Below, one piece after another: positions 58,116-64,000 of a stretch of DNA of 64,000 nucleotides. Both the position numbers and the translations under genes were made by a program. Source of the stretch: Nitrosopumilus sp. GTDB lineage: Archaea > Thermoproteota > Nitrososphaeria > Nitrososphaerales > Nitrosopumilaceae. The notes beneath the pieces were generated by a model. The model was not told the origin of the DNA. It saw only the letters and a program-made list of their open reading frames with translations, and did not search any database. The stretch is taken from NCBI GenBank assembly GCA_965218695.1, contig OZ244651.1:640001-704000 (forward strand), read 5' to 3'. Numbering within the stretch: the stretch's first letter is position 1; each line of letters begins with the position of its first letter.

Positions 58116-58424
58116 TCAGGAGTACCCGCGGATGAGATCCAGCGCGGAGTTGCTCAGCCTGATGGTGTAGTTTAGGGAGCAGGGATCGTCTTTTGCCTGC
58201 GCAAGCAGATCTGCAAACTGCGTCTTTGCCTCGTCTGTGGCGCCTGCCTCGTGCGCGCACAGGTTGAACGCCTTGAGGTGGAGGTTGTTTTTGAGCAGAT
58301 ACGCGATGAACTTTCTGTAGTCGTCCGGGTTGGTCCAGTCGGCGTCCCTTTCACGGCACGCGGCGATCCAGACGTCCACGGAGTTGTGGAATGCCACCCT
58401 CTTGCGTAGATCATCTAGGGACAT
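58116..58424 (-). CDS. Conserved hypothetical protein
   Basis: FHNSVDVW, FNLCAHE. Confidence 0.7.
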   Translation of the reverse strand: MSLDDLRKRVAFHNSVDVWIAACRERDADWTNPDDYRKFIAYLLKNNLHLKAFNLCAHEAGATDEAKTQFADLLAQAKDDPCSLNYTIRLSNSALDLIRGYS

Positions 58425-58430
58425 CTCGTC

Positions 58431-58754
58431 TCAGAAATCTGCGCGCTGCATCTTTGAGCCGCAGCGCGGACAGGAGCCGCCCTTGTGCTTGTTGTTGCAC
58501 ACAAGACAGACGTACTTTACGCTGCCGGAGCCTTCCTGGGAGCCCATTCCGAAGAACCCGCCACCCCGCGTGCCCGAGTCTCCGCCGTAACCGCGCATGC
58601 GGCTCATGTATCTCCTTCTGAGGAAGAGCGGGAACAGTATGAAGATTCCAAGGGCCGCAGCCAACCCGTACGGGAAGGGAAGAACCATCTGGAGACCTAT
58701 GCTGATTGCCAAGGAGGCAAGCAGAAAGATCAGATAAACCTTGTAGTTAAACAA
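58431..58754 (-). CDS. Membrane protein with C-terminal Zn ribbon
   Basis: Two TM helices, CLVC...CPRCGS; TTG start inferred. Confidence 0.75.
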   Translation of the reverse strand: MFNYKVYLIFLLASLAISIGLQMVLPFPYGLAAALGIFILFPLFLRRRYMSRMRGYGGDSGTRGGGFFGMGSQEGSGSVKYVCLVCNNKHKGGSCPRCGSKMQRADF

Positions 58755-59164
58755 TCTGTTGAATGTACGCCTAAAATGGATATAAAGTTTGTTCCCATGC
58801 ATTTTTTTTGCTTTTATAGATTTTATGGCGCATGCGCGCGTGTGGGGTCTGCAGAAAGGCTGTGCCCGAGGACTTGGAAGGGGTGCAGGCACGGTTTGCG
58901 GGGATGATTGCCGATCCGGTGGCAATGGTGGGGGGGGGGGTGTGGGGTGTCGGCAGACTTGAACTGGAAACCGTGCAGGCAGCACGGACAGGCCGCAGCG
59001 ATTCTGCACCATTCGGCTTGCGGCGATTGCGCCTGACTGTACGACCCACGTTCCCGGCAACATCATGTTGGCCATGATCCCTCCGGCTCGGTGTTGGAAG
59101 GAGGACACGCCAGATCCTGGAAACACTTATGGTAGTCCGTTTGGCACACTGGCCGTAGGATACC

Positions 59165-59659
59165 ATGGAAAGACTGTCAAAATTTGCAATTTATCTGGGA
59201 ATCGGGATTGGCGTGACCGTCTTTGTGTTGTTTTTGATCGCGGCGGTGCCAAGCATACTTGAAAACTCTGTCAGGGATTGGGAACGCCTTGACAGGGGCA
59301 CCCACTCTGAAGAAGAACTGCGTGCAAAGTTTGCAGAACATCCGTCATACGAGGCAATGTATGAGAGGTTTCCGGACGCAAAGGAAGATTTCACGCATTA
59401 CGGAAGAGGCGACGGGAGCATGAGGGTGGGCGTGATAAATTTTGAGAACAACAACCAACTGATACTAGAGTTGGACTATCACGACCATGGGGACAAGGTC
59501 CGTGCACGCGCATACTGCGAAACGGAGTCAGACCGCGACGGACTGTATGCAGACAGCTTGTTTGCAGAGGACTTTATACGAAATACCGACTGCCTGGAAT
59601 TGACAGATGGCGACAGCAAGCCAGTCGAGTCCCAGGGCGCGGCGTTGTCCACCTTTTGA
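59165..59659 (+). CDS. Membrane-anchored hypothetical protein, C-terminus replaced by IS
   Basis: Empty site reads ...ESQGAVAMPPRAGHAAN*; the current stop lies inside the IS end. Confidence 0.7.
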   Translation: MERLSKFAIYLGIGIGVTVFVLFLIAAVPSILENSVRDWERLDRGTHSEEELRAKFAEHPSYEAMYERFPDAKEDFTHYGRGDGSMRVGVINFENNNQLILELDYHDHGDKVRARAYCETESDRDGLYADSLFAEDFIRNTDCLELTDGDSKPVESQGAALSTF

Positions 59660-60875
59660 TAATCCTGCTCTATTTCACACTATTTTTGGTTCATTTTGGC
59701 ATCCCAAACCTGGACTCTGAAGGGGTTTCTGGTGTCGGCAGGCTTGCGGTTGGTCGTTTTTGAGCCGTTTTCATCTAGTGGTGCATGGCATCCGCTGGAA
59801 CCGGAAACCGGCATTCTGCCCCTACCGGGACCCCTATGCTATCAGGTTGTAGCAGATGCTTCGCAGGATTATCTGGAGTCTCTGCATGGGAAACGTCTTT
59901 GCGGCCACGACGGAACCGAACCTCTCCTTCATGGATGAGAACACGGACTCGACAAGACTGCGCTGGTGGTACACCTTCTCGAACCCTTCCCGATCCCGCC
60001 TGAACCAGCGGAGCATCTCTGCCCTGGGATTGAAGCCCTTTGCGGTGTGGTTCTTGCGGGGCCAGATCACCGGTTTTCTGCCGCTGTCGTAGATCATCTT
60101 GCAGTTTGCGTGCGCGTCATACGCCGAATCCAGCATGACGTGCCCGTCGCCGTCTGGCGTGCGGGCAAACATCTTCCGGAATATCGGCGAGTCGTGGGCA
60201 AGTCCGGGCGTCACCATGCATGCGGCGATCCTTCCGTGCGGGGCTACCAGTATGTGCAGCTTGACGAACTGACGCCTGGGTATGATGCCCTTCTTGGCAT
60301 CCTCCCAGTCGGCGTAGATGTTGATGGAAAATCCGCTTGCGTCCCCAAGGAGCGGACCGTGAGCGTCACTCCCTGCCTGTCCCAGGATCACTTCCATCAG
60401 AATCTTCTGCTTTTCTGCCAGCCTCTTGGCTGCCGCATGCAGGCACGATTTGGACGGAACGGCTTTTAAGCCGCAGACGTGCAGTGAACCTGGGTTTGCC
60501 TCGAGGTACGAGACGTGTTCCCGGTACGAGTTGCCGCGAAACTCCTTGTCCATGAGGCAGATCAAGTAGGAGATCATGCGCCGGTCCTTGTCGGACTTGG
60601 GCTTGCAGATCTCGTACAGGATGGTGGTAAGGGCGAGGATTCCGATTGACACTCGTTTCTCCTCCCCACTCCTTCGCATCTCGTATTTTTTGCTGTAGCC
60701 TTTCGGGCGCACCCATTTCTTCTTGTCTTCCTTGTCTCTGTTCTTTGCTTTCCTCTTTTTTCTATTGGAATTCATTAATTGTGGGCAGGATCGGTGATCC
60801 AAAACTTTTCGGATGTCTGACGCTAATGATCTTTAAGCGTAACGCTGCTTTTTTGAGGAAGATGTGGACAACGCC
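59641..60875 (-). mobile_element. IS with DDE_Tnp_1-type (IS5-like) transposase 59834..60775
   Basis: TIR GGCGTTGTCCAC; 10-bp TSD CCCAGGGCGC; DASG, KLH, LDSAYD, YHQRSLVES. Confidence 0.9.
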
Positions 60876-61148
60876 CCCAGGGCGCCGTTGCGATGCCGCC
60901 ACGTGCGGGGCATGCGGCGAACTGACTAAGATTTTGGCAATCGCCTGTAACTGTTAAGGAGTTCATGCCGATGCCGGATCCCGGCAGCCGCATCCTGCCA
61001 GGTCGTGGCAGGACTACACAACCAGACGGCGTACCGAAGGGTCATCGCCAAGTTGGGAGCCGGTCCAATCGTGAACGTTTGGGCGTGAACGCGCGCAAGG
61101 GAAGCGGTAATTTGCCCCTTATACCATTATTCGGCCCTTGCTGGCACG

Positions 61149-61247
61149 ATGAATGGCGCATGTGCACGTGTAACTATGATGGCATATCGCGCTGCATTGG
61201 CCCAGCCCCGCACCAGAGACGCCAGGCATCCGGAGGCTGCGCCATAA
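61149..61247 (+). CDS. Short leader ORF (32 aa), TAATG-coupled to the pilin-like start
   Basis: MNG...RHPEAAP*; homolog of 6124..6255. Confidence 0.4.
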   Translation: MNGACARVTMMAYRAALAQPRTRDARHPEAAP

Positions 61248-61252
61248 TGCTG

Positions 61253-62425
61253 AGACATAATCCGTAATTAGAAATTGTACATATTTTCCTATACTGTGTA
61301 GGTTTTTTGACTCCTATCAGGTTGCTTCCCGGACTAGGAGAACCCTGAGGTTGGCAAATCCGCAGACGATGTCATTGACGGTGTCGTATTTTTTCAGGCG
61401 GTTTCGGTAGACACCGCTCATTATGCGAAACCGTTTGACCCTGCGGATGGCATGCTTCACATACACCCGTGCCTTTGAGTGCTTTTTGTTGAATTCCTTC
61501 TGCTCGGGGGACAATTCTGCGCCTTTTTGCTTCTTGTACGGCACTACTGCATCCCGGTCAGGAAATTCTTTGTTGATCCCCTGGTATCCGTTGTCCAGGA
61601 TCTCTCTGACTTTGATCCTTTCCTTGTCCTTGCTCCCGTCCTTGCGTGGAAGGTTGTCAGGGAATGTCGGGTGTTTCTTCTTGAATACTGCAAAGTCGTG
61701 GATCCTGCCCGGGGAATGCCGGGTCTTGTGAAGGATGAGGCCGTCCGTGGCCGACGTGTACTGGACCTTGGACGTGTGCCTGTGTGCCTTGCCCGAGTAG
61801 TGGGACCGTTCCATGTCCTTGCGTCCGGGACGCTGTATCTGCTGCTCGGAGGCATCAATCAGGGCAGTCAGGCCAGGAATGATCTCCTCAAGATCGTCAA
61901 GCGTCTTGGTGGCCTTGATGTTGGCGTAGATCTTTGACGGAAGCGGAACGCACTGCCGGATCGACGGCTCCAGTGCCCCCATGCTGCGGGACACACTGGC
62001 CTGACCCACATGGAACGTCAGGGCAAGAAGATCCTGCGTAGCGTATGTCCTGTAATAAAACAGGACCAGAAGAAACCTGTTTTTCAGATCCAGTTTCCAC
62101 CTGCGTCCGGCACCAATGCCGCGCACCCTGCTTCTTTTGGCGAGTCGCTTTTGCTCTGCCTTGGGGTATTTTTTTGCCAGCCGCCCTGCCACCAAATTAA
62201 ATTCGGAGACTGTCAGTCCAGTGCACCGGATGAACAGTTTGGGCTTTTTTGCTAATTTGTCGTATAATGACATGCTTTGACATTGGCAATCAGAATAAAA
62301 CACGGCTGACGTATAGTTTTGATCATCGGGCAAGTTCGAATTGACATGCAATTCCATGCAGTCAGCCAGATTTGTCCTGCAATGCGTCCAATCTCGTGAT
62401 TATGCCCAATTACGGATGATGTCTC
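61253..62425 (-). mobile_element. IS5-family (ISL2-like) element, copy 2; transposase 61317..62273 with catalytic E->K
   Basis: Same TIRs as copy 1; 2-bp TG duplication; VYVKHAI instead of VYVEHAI. Confidence 0.92.
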
Positions 62426-62760
62426 TGGTCTCTGGAATAGCCATCATCATCCTGGTGGTGGCAGGCGTGGCAGTCATGTTTGTAATCATGCAGGAGAATG
62501 CAGACGTTGCAGACAATGTAGTTGATGTTGCAAATCACAACAACGAGCGCATCAAGGAAGACGTAGACATCGTGTGGAACGGCCAAGACTTGAAGATGCA
62601 CAACGCCGGCCCGGAGATAGACATACTGGAATACAGGGTGTTGGACGATGACGGCGCCATACTCCGCATCTGTCCAGTCGAGCAGGAAGTCGGCTCGTCA
62701 AAGAAGGAAGTCGTGGACACCACGCCATTCGATGAATGCTGGAGGGAATTCTTGACATGA
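62416..62760 (+). CDS. Pilin-like protein copy 2 (native ATG at 61247; IS inserted at codon 2)
   Basis: Paralog of 6249..6587; in-frame ATGATG supplied by the IS end. Confidence 0.7.
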   Translation: MMSLVSGIAIIILVVAGVAVMFVIMQENADVADNVVDVANHNNERIKEDVDIVWNGQDLKMHNAGPEIDILEYRVLDDDGAILRICPVEQEVGSSKKEVVDTTPFDECWREFLT

Positions 62761-64000
62761 GGGCAAAACTGGCTGCAGCCGTCGTCGTGTTTGCCGTAAT
62801 TGGCGCGGCGTACGCCGGACTTGCAGAGGACGCGTTTGCCAAACAGCTCCAGATAACGACGGCCCGCGGCAACGTCTTTACCGTAAAGGTTGACATGCCG
62901 GTCAACAGCACGCACACGATCCAAATAATCAACAACATGCAGGTAATCAACAACACCGACCCCGGGATAACCTTCCCGATGGACATAGTCACGAAGAACG
63001 CAGAGGGCCACGTCGTCTACGGGAACGGCACGATTGGTGCAGAAAAGCCGCTGGACCCGTACACGTTTCCCGGAGAGTTTGAGTTTGTCGCGGCCGTGCT
63101 GGACACAGACGCCAAGAATACCATGCCCATACCCAAACTCTTGGCAAAATACGAGATGATTAATGACGACTCGCTGAACTGGATAGAGGACACCGACGCC
63201 GGGGACAACATCCTGGTTCCGCTTGACGTGGATCCTGCAACATACGGGAACGGATGGAAGGTGGAAGGAGATTGGACAGTACTGGACAACTCCCCCGGGG
63301 AAAACCGCAAGACACGGGCCAGCATAGACCTCCCGCTAAACGAGATGCTTACGATGAAGGGCGAGATTTCAAGCGGCATGACGGTTCAAATCATATCAGT
63401 CGTGCAACCTTTCAATCCCAACACAGTCTATAGTTACAATAAACACGTAACGTCGTCTTCTTTGTCTTTGGAAAAAAATTACATAGAGTATGACGGCCCG
63501 ACGTACAATGGCCGCATACCCAACCAATGTTCATGGTGGCCAAGCGAATTGACGAAGCAGGGATTCAAGACCAATTATCCAAGCCCCGGAGACGGACTCG
63601 GACCCAATCCAACCGTCTATTATGGGCACAATGAGGTAGCCACGAGCGCGGGCTGCGCCATAGAGTCGCACCTGAATCCTAATAATTTCAATGGTGCCTG
63701 GGATACGGGTCATACGATATACGCAGAGACACTACGCGGCGCCTACGGGCTCACCATTTATCCAAACGTCTACGCCCTTGGTTGCCAATCATCAACCCAC
63801 GTGAGCGTGTCGGCAAGCTACCGCATGGGCACGACCAGCGGCACGACCAGCGTGTCTGTACCGTATACGGGCACGCCGACGGTAAACTGTGTCAGTGAAC
63901 ACGGATACCAAAAAATCACGAGCATCAGCATCCCAAGCCAGTCAATAGAAAAAGAGATAGATCGTGTTGATTTGTTTGATTACACAAAAACGCTCTACAT
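62757..64000 (+). CDS. Large secreted protein copy 2 (runs off window)
   Basis: Hand translation open to window end; paralog of 6584..9286; ATGA overlap. Confidence 0.88.
   Translation, partial: MRAKLAAAVVVFAVIGAAYAGLAEDAFAKQLQITTARGNVFTVKVDMPVNSTHTIQIINNMQVINNTDPGITFPMDIVTKNAEGHVVYGNGTIGAEKPLDPYTFPGEFEFVAAVLDTDAKNTMPIPKLLAKYEMINDDSLNWIEDTDAGDNILVPLDVDPATYGNGWKVEGDWTVLDNSPGENRKTRASIDLPLNEMLTMKGEISSGMTVQIISVVQPFNPNTVYSYNKHVTSSSLSLEKNYIEYDGPTYNGRIPNQCSWWPSELTKQGFKTNYPSPGDGLGPNPTVYYGHNEVATSAGCAIESHLNPNNFNGAWDTGHTIYAETLRGAYGLTIYPNVYALGCQSSTHVSVSASYRMGTTSGTTSVSVPYTGTPTVNCVSEHGYQKITSISIPSQSIEKEIDRVDLFDYTKTLY

Overview
Genome segment of an ammonia-oxidising archaeon (Nitrosopumilaceae/Thaumarchaeota). 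The evidence is archaeal EF-2, a Nitrosopumilus-type S-layer protein, a CFI-box-CTERM surface protein, futalosine-pathway MqnD/MqnE and many small Thaumarchaeota-type hypotheticals. High GC and heavy IS load suggest a host-associated (e.g. sponge-symbiont) lineage, which is inference. About 14.7-59.6 kb is mostly core genome. Nine IS copies of seven types (about 12.8 kb, ~20%) could be delimited by terminal inverted repeats and target duplications, including a triple IS stack on one gene's start codon. Positions 1 to ~14.4 kb form an accessory island. It carries Cys-rich microproteins, virus/plasmid-type small genes, a dTMP kinase, a divergent TFB, and a cassette of leader ORF, pilin-like gene and a 900-aa secreted protein; a second, diverged copy of the cassette starts at ~61.1 kb. 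The strongest candidates for novelty are three. (1) Island genes share a promoter class with C-rich sequence where the purine-rich BRE normally lies, next to an island TFB with an altered BRE-recognition helix, suggesting a private regulon. (2) The pilin-coupled secreted proteins have a constant N-terminus and a Cys-framework domain with hypervariable loops. (3) An IS630 element carries a convergent HTH-only paralog of its own transposase. No CRISPR, rRNA, tRNA, integrase or reverse transcriptase was seen. All family assignments are from motif recognition by eye, not database searches.
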